Assembly: GCA_021793315.1 (NCBI GenBank)
Contig: JAJYSZ010000006.1
Span: forward strand, 459 to 64,458
Direction: 5' to 3'
Source: Bacillota bacterium
GTDB lineage: Bacteria > Bacillota > Sulfobacillia > JAJZYS01 > JAJYTV01
DNA length: 64,000 nt
Shown: in pieces, positions 30,169 to 38,087 of the stretch
How positions within the stretch are numbered: the first letter of the stretch is position 1
Layout of the letters: each line of letters starts with the position of its first letter
Made by a program: the position numbers and the translations under genes
Notes under the pieces: generated by a model
Told to the model about the DNA's origin: nothing
Seen by the model: the letters and a program-made list of their open reading frames with translations, nothing else
The model's database searches: none

Positions 30169-30672
30169 GTGGGGGAGCAGATCGCTGCGCGCAGGAACGA
30201 GGCCGAGGTGGCGTGGGAGCCCGATCGGTCGCCGAAGGGGCGCTACGCATGCGAGTACCGCCAGATGTCCCAGCAACTTGAGGTCGCGCCGAAGCCCTCC
30301 GGCCAGACAGGCCCGGGGCAAAGTTCCCGGCCCTTTGAGGTGGACCTCGTGCGCATCCCGCCCGGCAAGCGGCTCTGCCCACGGCACCGCCACAGCGTCG
30401 AATGGGAGTACTATATCGTGCTGGCCGGCCGTGGGCAGATGGTGCAAGGCGACGGCGACGCACCGATCCCCATGGCGCCAGGCGACCACCTGCTGCAGCC
30501 ACCGGGCTGGGTCCATACCGTCGAGAACAATGGGCAGGAGGATCTTCTCTATTACGTCATCGCCAACAACGCTCTCGACGAGACCTGCTTCTATCCGGAC
30601 TCCGGCAAGTGGGCCGCGGGAGGCAAGGTCTTCCGTATGGCCGAGTTCGACTACTACGACGGCGAGGAATAG
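30169..30672 (+). CDS. Cupin-domain protein
   Basis: CPRHRHSVEWEYYIVLAGRG, PPGWVHTVEN, YPDSGK. Confidence 0.88.
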   Translation: MGEQIAARRNEAEVAWEPDRSPKGRYACEYRQMSQQLEVAPKPSGQTGPGQSSRPFEVDLVRIPPGKRLCPRHRHSVEWEYYIVLAGRGQMVQGDGDAPIPMAPGDHLLQPPGWVHTVENNGQEDLLYYVIANNALDETCFYPDSGKWAAGGKVFRMAEFDYYDGEE

Positions 30673-30702
30673 CAGCCGTGCCCACTGCGGCCCAAAAGAA
30701 AA

Positions 30703-30728
30703 CCGGAGGCACCGCAAAGTGCCTCCGG
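30703..30728. terminator. Bidirectional terminator between cupin and veg
   Basis: CCGGAGGCAC-cgcaaa-GTGCCTCCGG flanked by A-rich and T-rich tracts. Confidence 0.8.
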
Positions 30729-30742
30729 ACATCTTTTCAGTT

Positions 30743-31015
30743 CTAGTTCACGCTGACCCTATGAAAGACGCCATCAGACGCCACTTCAAGTTCAACAGTC
30801 TCCGTTAGAATATCGGCATAGCTGAACGAAACGCGTCTGGCACCGGACGGCTCATCGTCGATCTTCACCACGAAGATGTACGGATAAGTCCGCTCCAGTA
30901 CGCCTTCCCGCTCGTCCACCTTACGGCGTCCGCGGTTCGCCTTGAGGCGAATCCTTTCGCCGATCATGCCGTCCAAGTCGCGCTTGATATCCGACAAGAC
31001 GCGCTTAGCCGCCAA
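30743..31015 (-). CDS. veg: Veg-family protein
   Basis: IGERIRLKANRGRRKVDEREGVLERTYPYIFVV..RVSFSYADILTETVEL; start 31015 or 31024. Confidence 0.95.
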   Translation of the reverse strand: MAAKRVLSDIKRDLDGMIGERIRLKANRGRRKVDEREGVLERTYPYIFVVKIDDEPSGARRVSFSYADILTETVELEVASDGVFHRVSVN

Positions 31016-31053
31016 ACGCCCCACTTCCTTCCTGAACGGAGCGGTACGCTCTG

Positions 31054-31121
31054 ATACTACCAGAAAGAAAGCGCGGGGTCAAGATCGAAGCATTTTAGCA
31101 GAGCCTTTGAAACGGTGTCAA
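31054..31121 (-). promoter_or_regulatory. Tandem sigmaA promoters upstream of veg
   Basis: TTGACC-N17-TAGTAT (31082-31054) and TTGACA-N18-TAAAAT (31121-31092), both with a TG extension. Confidence 0.75.
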
Positions 31122-31269
31122 GCGTCATTGTGTCACCAAGCGTAGGCTTCCCGGGTGGTCCGAAAGGTCGCCAGAGCGGGAGCGACCGGGTGCCCAGGAG
31201 CCCGATCGGAGCCGCGCCCGTCACCCTCTGCAGGGCCTTTCACCCTAGGGGGAGACGCTGAGGACGGTC

Positions 31270-31740
31270 TCACTTCGTGTACTTGTCGGCGACGGTCGAC
31301 GCACCGAACGAGTCGGGCTTGATCTTCGCGTCGAAGCCGCTGCCGGAGACCATGCCGACGATCTCGCGGATCAGGTCGCGCGTATCGCCGTTCTGGCCGA
31401 TGTCCAGGTGGATCTCGATGTCGAAGCCCTGTTGGCCGCGCCGCGAGAGCATTTCGGTGAGGCGGCTGGCGACGCCAAGGCTGAGGGACGTCTCGAGCAG
31501 GATGCGCTGGCGCAGGCTCGGCAGGCGCCGGTGCACCTCGCGGTGATAGTAGTAGCGCGCGCCCTTGCCAAGGCGATGGATTACGATGGCCGTGACGAAA
31601 GTGACTTCGTCCCGTGCCTGGGAGTCGGTGCCGATGATCAGCTTGTGCTCTGCCTGCGGCGCATCGCGGACGAAGGCGACGATGTCCTGGAACACCTGCT
31701 CAAGGTCCATCACGCCGCGACTCGGACTGTGATAGAGCAC
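31270..31740 (-). CDS. RNase H-like YkuK-family protein
   Basis: LIIGTDSQ, FVTAIVIHR.GKG.RYYY, EIHLDIG.NG.T, IKPDSFGASTVADKYTK. Confidence 0.88.
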   Translation of the reverse strand: MLYHSPSRGVMDLEQVFQDIVAFVRDAPQAEHKLIIGTDSQARDEVTFVTAIVIHRLGKGARYYYHREVHRRLPSLRQRILLETSLSLGVASRLTEMLSRRGQQGFDIEIHLDIGQNGDTRDLIREIVGMVSGSGFDAKIKPDSFGASTVADKYTK

Positions 31741-31761
31741 TGACCTCTCCCTCCACCGCGC

Positions 31762-32631
31762 TCAGTTCGGAGCGTCGTCGGGGTCGTCCTGCGCAGGAAG
31801 GCTGCCGCGGTCGGCAAGACACGCGGCCAGGCGGCCGAACTCTGCGAGCGACAGCGTCTCTCCCCGGCGCTGCGGGGCGATCTCCGCCGCCTCGAGCGCT
31901 GACGTCGCGTCTTGCAACGTCAGCCCCAGTCCTTCCCGAAGGGCACGGGCAAGCGTCTTGCGCCGGTAGCGGAATGCCACCGCCACCACCGGGCGTATCG
32001 CGTCCCAGGACAGAGCGACGGGACTGGGATGCGGCAGCAGCCGGATAACCTGCGACGAGACCTTGGGCGGCGGGTAGAACTGCCCGGGGCTCGCCTTGGC
32101 CCACGCCTCGACGTCGGCCGCGTACTCCGCCAGTAGCGTAAGCGCTCCGCGGGCGGATGATCCGGGTGGTGCCTGGAGCCGATCAGCCACCTCGCTCTGC
32201 AGCATCAGGACGGCGACCGCCGGCCTGGCCTGCAGCACGGCTGCGATCAAGGGCGTGGAGATGTAGTAGGGCAAGTTGCCCACCAGCTTCCCCGCTGGGC
32301 CCAGGAGGGACTTGAGGTCCGTCTCGAGCGCGTCCGCCTCGTAGACGTGCAGCCGCGGGCCGAAGAAGCTGCGGAGGTGTCCGACGAGGGCGCGGTCGAT
32401 CTCGATCGCGTGCACGTCCTCGGACCACTCGAGCAGGCCCTGGGTGATCGCGCCCACTCCCGGCCCGATCTCCACGATCCGGTCGCCGGGATTGATCTCG
32501 AGACCGGAGACGATGCGCTCGCGCAGATTGTAATCCACGAGAAAGTTCTGCCCAAGGCGCTTCAGCGGCCGGATTCCGAGACCGGCGAGCACCTCCCGAA
32601 CCACGCTCGGAGAGGTCAGTTTCGACTCCAT
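31762..32631 (-). CDS. rsmA: 16S rRNA m6,2A methyltransferase
   Basis: KRLGQNFL, EIGPGVG.IT, EIDR, VGNLPYYIST, F.PPPKV.S. Confidence 0.97.
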   Translation of the reverse strand: MESKLTSPSVVREVLAGLGIRPLKRLGQNFLVDYNLRERIVSGLEINPGDRIVEIGPGVGAITQGLLEWSEDVHAIEIDRALVGHLRSFFGPRLHVYEADALETDLKSLLGPAGKLVGNLPYYISTPLIAAVLQARPAVAVLMLQSEVADRLQAPPGSSARGALTLLAEYAADVEAWAKASPGQFYPPPKVSSQVIRLLPHPSPVALSWDAIRPVVAVAFRYRRKTLARALREGLGLTLQDATSALEAAEIAPQRRGETLSLAEFGRLAACLADRGSLPAQDDPDDAPN

Positions 32632-32671
32632 TTCCGATATTGTAGCATGCCGCCGCAAAAGGCGCGCAAAA

Positions 32672-32696
32672 CGGCGCCCCCGCCTGGGGGGCGCCG
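32672..32696 (-). terminator. Intrinsic terminator after the 3D/G5 gene
   Basis: CGGCGCCCCC/GGGGGCGCCG stem followed by TTTT on the minus strand. Confidence 0.75.
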
Positions 32697-32706
32697 CCTG
32701 CTGGTG

Positions 32707-33522
32707 CTAGTTGCTTGCGAGTTCGTAGACGGAAACGGTCTGGCGACCGTAGTCCAGGGCCTGCTGCCCCGTATCGAAGCAGAGATCGATGCGGTCACCG
32801 ACGATGGCACCACCGGTGTCGGCGGCCACCGCGTAGCCGTAGCCGGGAATGTAGAGGCGCGTCCCGAGCGGGATGACGCTCGGATCCACGGCCGCGACGC
32901 CGTAACGCGCAGGCACTCCTGTGGCCGTTCTGCCGTTCGACCAGCTGGGATCCGCCCAGTAAGCGGTGGCAACCATGTTCAAGGTTGCCGTCACCCGCCC
33001 GACGAAGCTACCGCGGGAAACCTCGGGAAGCTTCGCGCCGATGTGGACGAGCTCGGGACGGGCTGCCTTCACGACCTTCTCGCCGACGATCGCGACGGAT
33101 ACGACGCGGGCACCTTGGTAGATCCGGCGCACAGTCTCGACCGCCACACCGGGCGCGCCGTCCTGGGCGACCACTTCGCGCCCGAGCGCCAGGGTCGGGT
33201 CGTAGACGGTGCGCACACCGTACGAAACAGGAACCGATACATCGCTCAGCCGCGCGGCGACGATCGTGGCCGTATCCTGCGCGGCGCCGCTCCAGAGAGC
33301 ATTCTGGTAACCGGGAGCCGGGTCGGCGCCGTCAAGCGTCGCGCCGTAAGTGGGCAGTGGGAGCGGCTTTTTGGTGAGCGTCTTGTGCGCCTTCGCAGCG
33401 GCCTGTAGAGGCCGGACGCTGCGCAGGGTGGTTGCCCTTGCGGCGTAACCCGCAAGCAGGACGAGCAGAGCGCCAGATATCAGCGCGATGCTGCGCCATC
33501 CTGCCTGCCGTAGCTTTGGCAA
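32707..33522 (-). CDS. G5 + 3D domain cell-wall protein (YabE-like)
   Basis: N-terminal TM, G5-like YDPTLALGREVVAQDG.PG, 3D domain ATAY..TATG..AVDP.VIPLGT..Y.VA.DTGGAI...IDL; TTG 33522 behind AAGGAGG. Confidence 0.88.
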   Translation of the reverse strand: MPKLRQAGWRSIALISGALLVLLAGYAARATTLRSVRPLQAAAKAHKTLTKKPLPLPTYGATLDGADPAPGYQNALWSGAAQDTATIVAARLSDVSVPVSYGVRTVYDPTLALGREVVAQDGAPGVAVETVRRIYQGARVVSVAIVGEKVVKAARPELVHIGAKLPEVSRGSFVGRVTATLNMVATAYWADPSWSNGRTATGVPARYGVAAVDPSVIPLGTRLYIPGYGYAVAADTGGAIVGDRIDLCFDTGQQALDYGRQTVSVYELASN

Positions 33523-33578
33523 GACGGACCTCCTTCTTCCTACAACCTTCCATTCGGCAGAAGTTGTAGGACTGCCGT

Positions 33579-33607
33579 ATTCTATCACCCGCTTCCCCTG
33601 GCTTCAA
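33579..33607 (-). promoter_or_regulatory. sigmaA promoter for the yabE-like gene
   Basis: TTGAAG-N17-TAGAAT with a TG extension. Confidence 0.65.
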
Positions 33608-33638
33608 ACACGGAAATGATGAGAATTGTTCCGGACGC

Positions 33639-34415
33639 CTAAAACGCGGTGCGCAGCGGACGGAAGATTTCCTGGGCATTGCGGCTGGTCACAAGGGCAA
33701 GATCAGCGACTGGGACGCCCTGTGCAGCCGCCAGCGCAGAGAGTGTCTCCACGATGTAGGCAGGCTCATTGCGCCGGCCGCGATGCCCCTGCGGCGCGAG
33801 ATAGGGACTGTCGGTCTCGACGAGCAGGCGACCGGGCGGCACGCGGCCGGCCAGGCTCCTGAGCGTCTCGTTGCGCTTGTAGGTCAGGTTGCCTGCGAAC
33901 GAGATGAAGGCGCCGCGGGCTAGCACCTCCGTCAGCAGGGCCTCACCGCCGTCGAAGCAGTGAGCTACGGCCCTGACTTCGGGATATGCGTCGAGCAGCG
34001 GCAATATGTCGAGGCCTGTCTCCCTGAGATGCAGCACGACGGGCAGGCCGAGGTCGTCCGCCATGGCCATCTGGCGGCGCGCCAGCTCGATCTGAAGCGC
34101 TTTCGGCGCGTATTCCTCGCCGTGATAGTCGAGGCCGATCTCCCCGATCGCCGCGACCCTCGTCGAGGAGGCGAGCTCGGAAATGGCCCGGATGTCGTCC
34201 TCTGCGGCCCGTCCGGCCTCGTAGGGGTGGAGGCCGACGACCGCCGCGACCTGGGGCAGGCGCTCGGCGAGCTCCACCGCACGCTTGGACGAGGGCAGGT
34301 CGTAGCCGACGACCACCACCGCTGCCACCCCGGCCAGGGCGGCCCGCTGGAGGACGGCATCCGCCTCCTCCAGCAGGTCTTCGTGGTTGAGATGGGCGTG
34401 GCTGTCGACAATCAC
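33639..34415 (-). CDS. tatD: TatD-family nuclease
   Basis: DSHAHL, GLHP, AIGEIGLDY, VVLHLRE, HCF, LLVETDSPYLAP. Confidence 0.96.
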   Translation of the reverse strand: MIVDSHAHLNHEDLLEEADAVLQRAALAGVAAVVVVGYDLPSSKRAVELAERLPQVAAVVGLHPYEAGRAAEDDIRAISELASSTRVAAIGEIGLDYHGEEYAPKALQIELARRQMAMADDLGLPVVLHLRETGLDILPLLDAYPEVRAVAHCFDGGEALLTEVLARGAFISFAGNLTYKRNETLRSLAGRVPPGRLLVETDSPYLAPQGHRGRRNEPAYIVETLSALAAAQGVPVADLALVTSRNAQEIFRPLRTAF

Positions 34416-36337
34416 TTGATCTTGGTGCCCGCAGGCAGCCCCTCGCGCGGTGCGACGATCTGCAGCGTCTCGGACGTCTTGCCGGCCAGGATCATGCCAT
34501 GCGAGACGACCCCACGGATCTTCGCCGGCTGCAGGTTGGCAACGAGAACGATTTGCGTCCCGGCGAGCGCTTCCGGCTGGTAGTACTCCGCAATGCCGGA
34601 TACCACCGTGCGGGGCTCCTGCTCGCCGAGATCCACCTTGAGCTGCAGGAGGCGGTCCGCACCCTTGACGCGGCTGGCCTCGAGGATCGTGCCGACGCGC
34701 AGGTCGAGGCGCTGGAACTCGTCGATGGTGATCACGCCCGGCTCCTCCGCCGCGGGGGCGGGCGCCGCCTTCTCGACCTTCGGCGCCTTGGCGGCCGCGA
34801 CCGCCTCTCCTGCAGCCGCCTCCGCCTCGCGCTCCGTCTCGATGCGCGGGAAGATCGGTTCGCCCCGCTGCACCTTGGTGCCAGCGGGCAGACCGCCCCA
34901 GGCCGCCGCCGCGAACGTGGCGCCTTCGGCGCTGCCGAGGCCCAGTTGGCGGAAGATGGCGTCCGGCGCGTCGAGCAGGAAGGGCTTCAGCAGCACCGCA
35001 GTGATGCGCAGGGATTCCGCCAGGTCGTAGAGGACGTCCGACAGGCGCGCGTCACCGCTGCGGTGCAGTTGCCACGGCGCCTCCTCCTCGATGAACTTGT
35101 TGGCGCGCTTGACGAGCTCGAAGACGGCCGCAACCGCGTCCGACACCTGGAGCCTAGCAAGGCGCTCCTCGACGCGCCGCACCGTCTCCTCCGCCTGGCC
35201 GCGCAGGCTGCTGGCGCCAGGCTGCGGGATGATGCCGCCGGTGAAGCGCTCGATCATCGCCGTCGTGCGCGAGAGCAGGTTGCCGAGGTCGTTCGCGAGA
35301 TCGACGTTGGTCCTGAGGATCAGCGCGTCCTCCGTGTAGCTGCCGTCGGCGCCGAACGGCACCTCGCGCAGGAGGTAGTAGCGCACGGCGTCGCGGCCGT
35401 AGCGCTGCACGAGCTTGCGGGGGTCGATGACGTTGCCGCGCGACTTCGACATCTTCTGCTCGCCTAGCAGGAGCCAGCCATGGCCGTACACCACCTTGGG
35501 CAGCGGCAGGTCGAGCGAAAGCAGGAGAGCCGGCCAGATCACCGCATGGAAGCGCACGATCTCCTTGCCGACCAGGTGCACGTCGGCCGGCCAGTAGCGG
35601 CTGAAGCGCTCCGGATCCTGAAGGTAGCCGCAGGCCGTGATGTAGTTCGTCAGGGCATCCACCCAGACGTAGGCGATGTGACGCGGATCCTGCGGCAGCG
35701 GGATGCCCCAGCGGAAGCTCGTGCGCGACACGGAGAGGTCCTCGAGGCCCTGGCGGATGAACTGGATCATCTCGTTGCGGCGCGACACGGGCTGGATGAA
35801 GTCGGGGTGGCTTTCGATGTACGCGAGCAGGGGCTCCGCGTAGCGCGAGAGGCGGAAGAAGTAGCTCTCCTCGTTCAGGCGGGCCACCGGTCCGCCGCAG
35901 GTGGGGCAGTTGCCGTCGACGAGCTTGCCTTCCACCCAGAACGACTCGCACGGCGTGCAGTACCAGCCCTCGTACTGCGAAAGGTAGAGGTCGCCCTTGG
36001 CCTCGAGCCTGCGGAACACCTCCTGCACCACCCGCTCGTGGCGGCTCTCCGTCGTGCGGATGAAGTCGTCGTGCGAGATGCCGAGCACCTGCCAGAGGTC
36101 CCGGATGTCGGCCACGATCTCGTCCACGTACGCGAGCGGCGTCTTGCCCACCTTGCTGGCCCGATCCTCGATCTTCTGGCCGTGCTCGTCGGTGCCGGTG
36201 ACAAAAAAGACATCCTCGCCGCGCAGGCGGTGGAAGCGCGCGATGGCATCGGCCGCCACCGTCGTATATGCGTGACCGATGTGCAGGCGATCGTTCGGGT
36301 AGTAGATCGGGGTCGTAATCGTAAACCGTTCGGTCAT
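34412..36337 (-). CDS. metG: Methionyl-tRNA synthetase with C-terminal tRNA-binding domain
   Basis: TTPIYYPN..HIGH, KMSKS, Zn knuckle CTPC/CPTC, C-terminal DLRVG..ADRLLQL..SHGMIL. Confidence 0.98.
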   Translation of the reverse strand: MTERFTITTPIYYPNDRLHIGHAYTTVAADAIARFHRLRGEDVFFVTGTDEHGQKIEDRASKVGKTPLAYVDEIVADIRDLWQVLGISHDDFIRTTESRHERVVQEVFRRLEAKGDLYLSQYEGWYCTPCESFWVEGKLVDGNCPTCGGPVARLNEESYFFRLSRYAEPLLAYIESHPDFIQPVSRRNEMIQFIRQGLEDLSVSRTSFRWGIPLPQDPRHIAYVWVDALTNYITACGYLQDPERFSRYWPADVHLVGKEIVRFHAVIWPALLLSLDLPLPKVVYGHGWLLLGEQKMSKSRGNVIDPRKLVQRYGRDAVRYYLLREVPFGADGSYTEDALILRTNVDLANDLGNLLSRTTAMIERFTGGIIPQPGASSLRGQAEETVRRVEERLARLQVSDAVAAVFELVKRANKFIEEEAPWQLHRSGDARLSDVLYDLAESLRITAVLLKPFLLDAPDAIFRQLGLGSAEGATFAAAAWGGLPAGTKVQRGEPIFPRIETEREAEAAAGEAVAAAKAPKVEKAAPAPAAEEPGVITIDEFQRLDLRVGTILEASRVKGADRLLQLKVDLGEQEPRTVVSGIAEYYQPEALAGTQIVLVANLQPAKIRGVVSHGMILAGKTSETLQIVAPREGLPAGTKIK

Positions 36338-36354
36338 CTCGGCTACCTCCCCTG

Positions 36355-36590
36355 AAATAGAAAAACGCCGTCACCCTCAAGGGGCGACGGACCGCGGTAC
36401 CACCCTCATTCTCCAGCCAGGAGCGGCCGGACTCTCGCCGATCACGGTGGCACCGGCGCGCCCTTGGCCCAGGGGCTTCGTGCGCGCACTCCGGAGGCAT
36501 CACCCTGCGCGCAGTCCGCCGGCTTCCACCATCCCGGCTCGCTCTGGGACCGCTTCCCGCGGGCGCTCTCCATCGTCGTTTTCGCTTATT
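36355..36590 (-). ncRNA. T-box riboswitch (Met specifier) upstream of metG
   Basis: T-box AATGAGGGTGGTACCGCGG (36410-36392), terminator CGTCGCCCC-ttga-GGGTGACG-GCGTTTTT, Stem I motifs AGAG/GGTGGAA, candidate ATG specifier at 36500-36498. Confidence 0.93.
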
Positions 36591-36595
36591 CTAAG

Positions 36596-36624
36596 ACCAT
36601 AGCGACCCGCCCAGCGTTTGTCAA
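36596..36624 (-). promoter_or_regulatory. sigmaA promoter of the metG leader
   Basis: TTGACA-N17-TATGGT just upstream of the T-box leader. Confidence 0.8.
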
Positions 36625-36628
36625 TCGG

Positions 36629-36657
36629 AAGGGCACCGCCGCCAGGGCGGTGCCCTT
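36629..36657 (-). terminator. Hairpin after the O-methyltransferase gene
   Basis: AAGGGCACCGCC-gccag-GGCGGTGCCCTT, perfect 12-bp stem. Confidence 0.7.
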
Positions 36658-36672
36658 GACTCGCCTCGCGGC

Positions 36673-37353
36673 TCAGCTCGGGCTAGCGGGCGCCACGAGG
36701 GCGATCGCAAAGCCGTCGTAGCCCTTGGCGCCGACTGTCTGCACGGCCGTCGCCTGGACTCTCCGATCGCCCTTCAGGCCCTTGATGAAGCGCCGTACGC
36801 CCTGCACGTCCTCGCTCGGGCTCGACGCGTCCGCCACCGCTCCCCGCCGCACTACGTTGTCGACGATGATCAGGCTCCCCGGTCGCGTCAGGCGAAGCGC
36901 CCACTCGAAGTAGACGGGCGTACTCTTCTTGTCCGCGTCGATGAACACCAGATCGAAGGGATCACTGCCTTCGGCCGCGATGACAGGCAGGACATCCGCA
37001 GCCGATCCCTCTCGCAGGTCCACCCTGCCCGCCAGGTCTGCTCGCTCGAAGCTGCGCCTGGCCACCCCCGCGTGGCGGGGATTCGCCTCAATGGTCACGA
37101 GGCCTCCGGCCTCGGGCAGGGCACGTGCCAGCCAGATGCCGCTGTAGCCGCCAAGGGTGCCGATCTCGAGCACCCGGCGTGCCCCCTGCAGGCGTACCAG
37201 AAGGTGCAGAAGCATGCCCTGGTTCGGCGTTACTTGAATGTCCGGCAGCCCTGCCGCGGCCGACTCCGCCAGGACCGCCGCGAGCACCGGATCGTCGGGT
37301 ACCAGGTGGTCGCAGAAGAAGCGATCCACCGCAAACCACGTCTCCTCTGTCAC
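36673..37353 (-). CDS. Caffeoyl-CoA-type O-methyltransferase
   Basis: RVLEIGTLGGYS.IW, FDLVFIDADK, IVDNVVRRG, KGYDGF; start re-called to GTG 37353. Confidence 0.92.
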   Translation of the reverse strand: MTEETWFAVDRFFCDHLVPDDPVLAAVLAESAAAGLPDIQVTPNQGMLLHLLVRLQGARRVLEIGTLGGYSGIWLARALPEAGGLVTIEANPRHAGVARRSFERADLAGRVDLREGSAADVLPVIAAEGSDPFDLVFIDADKKSTPVYFEWALRLTRPGSLIIVDNVVRRGAVADASSPSEDVQGVRRFIKGLKGDRRVQATAVQTVGAKGYDGFAIALVAPASPS

Positions 37354-37406
37354 CAAAACTCCCCCTTTGGTCAGAGCCACGGTCCTCTCAATTCGCCATA
37401 GGTGGC

Positions 37407-37420
37407 CGAACATCCGTTGG
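37407..37420. promoter_or_regulatory. Candidate LexA/DinR (SOS) box upstream of ssb
   Basis: CGAACATCCGTTGG versus Firmicute consensus CGAACRNRYGTTYG (12 of 14 positions fit). Confidence 0.45.
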
Positions 37421-37428
37421 AAGGTGTG
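37417..37428 (+). repeat. 12-bp direct repeat, left copy (TTGGAAGGTGTG)
   Basis: Identical to 46446-46457; the two copies bracket the ssb-tadC cluster. Confidence 0.7.
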
Positions 37429-37449
37429 CCCAGTTCAAGGATCGAATGT
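37420..37449 (+). promoter_or_regulatory. sigmaH-like promoter for the ssb cluster
   Basis: GAAGGTGTG-N12-ATCGAATGT versus RNAGGAWWW-N11/12-RNNGAATWW. Confidence 0.4.
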
Positions 37450-37480
37450 AAACCATGGTCCAGGAAAGGGGATAGGTTCC

Positions 37481-37840
37481 ATGATCAACAGAGTTGTGCT
37501 TGTCGGACGCCTCGCCACGGATTCCGTCCTCAGATATTCCCGCGACGGCCTCGCGATCTCGGCGTTCTCGCTGGCGATCGGCCGCGCGGACAGCGCGGCG
37601 GACTTCCTTCCCGTCGTCGTGTTCCGCAGGCTTGCCGAAGCCACCTCCCGCTACCTGCTCAAAGGCAGGCTCGTCGGCATCGAGGGGCGCATCGCCAGCC
37701 GACCGCTCGACACGTCGGACGGCGAGCAGCGCCGCGTGATCGAGGTCGTGGCGGACCGCCTGCGCTTCCTGGATCCGCCGCTGGCCCTGGGCGAGGAAAC
37801 CCCCGCAGCCAAGGCGGCCGACTCGTCGGCACAGGATTAG
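37481..37840 (+). CDS. ssb: Short single-stranded DNA-binding protein (SsbB-like, no acidic tip)
   Basis: MINRVVLVGRL..D..LRY, DFLPVVVF..LAE, KGRLVGIEGRI, EVVAD..RFLD; 119 aa, no DDDIPF tail. Confidence 0.9.
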   Translation: MINRVVLVGRLATDSVLRYSRDGLAISAFSLAIGRADSAADFLPVVVFRRLAEATSRYLLKGRLVGIEGRIASRPLDTSDGEQRRVIEVVADRLRFLDPPLALGEETPAAKAADSSAQD

Positions 37841-37844
37841 CCTC

Positions 37845-38087
37845 ATGCCCATCCTGCAGTTCGTCCTCAATGCCATCACGACGCTGCAGAGCTGGTTTGC
37901 GGGTTTCGCGGTGCTCGCACTGCTGTACGGCGCCTACCTGCTCTGGACAAGCGGCGACAACCCCCAGAGCCGGACACGGGCCTGGGGCCACCTGTACTCG
38001 GTCGCGGCCGGGCTTGTGCTCGTGATCTTCGCCAAGGACATCGTGCGGGTGATCTTTCAATGGGCTGGACTTTCCGCGCCGCTTTGA
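37845..38087 (+). CDS. Small two-TM protein, TrbC/VirB2 pilin-like
   Basis: 80 aa; hydrophobic helix, polar loop TSGDNPQSRTRA, second helix AAGLVLVIFAKDIV; position beside VirB6- and PrgI-like genes. Confidence 0.6.
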   Translation: MPILQFVLNAITTLQSWFAGFAVLALLYGAYLLWTSGDNPQSRTRAWGHLYSVAAGLVLVIFAKDIVRVIFQWAGLSAPL

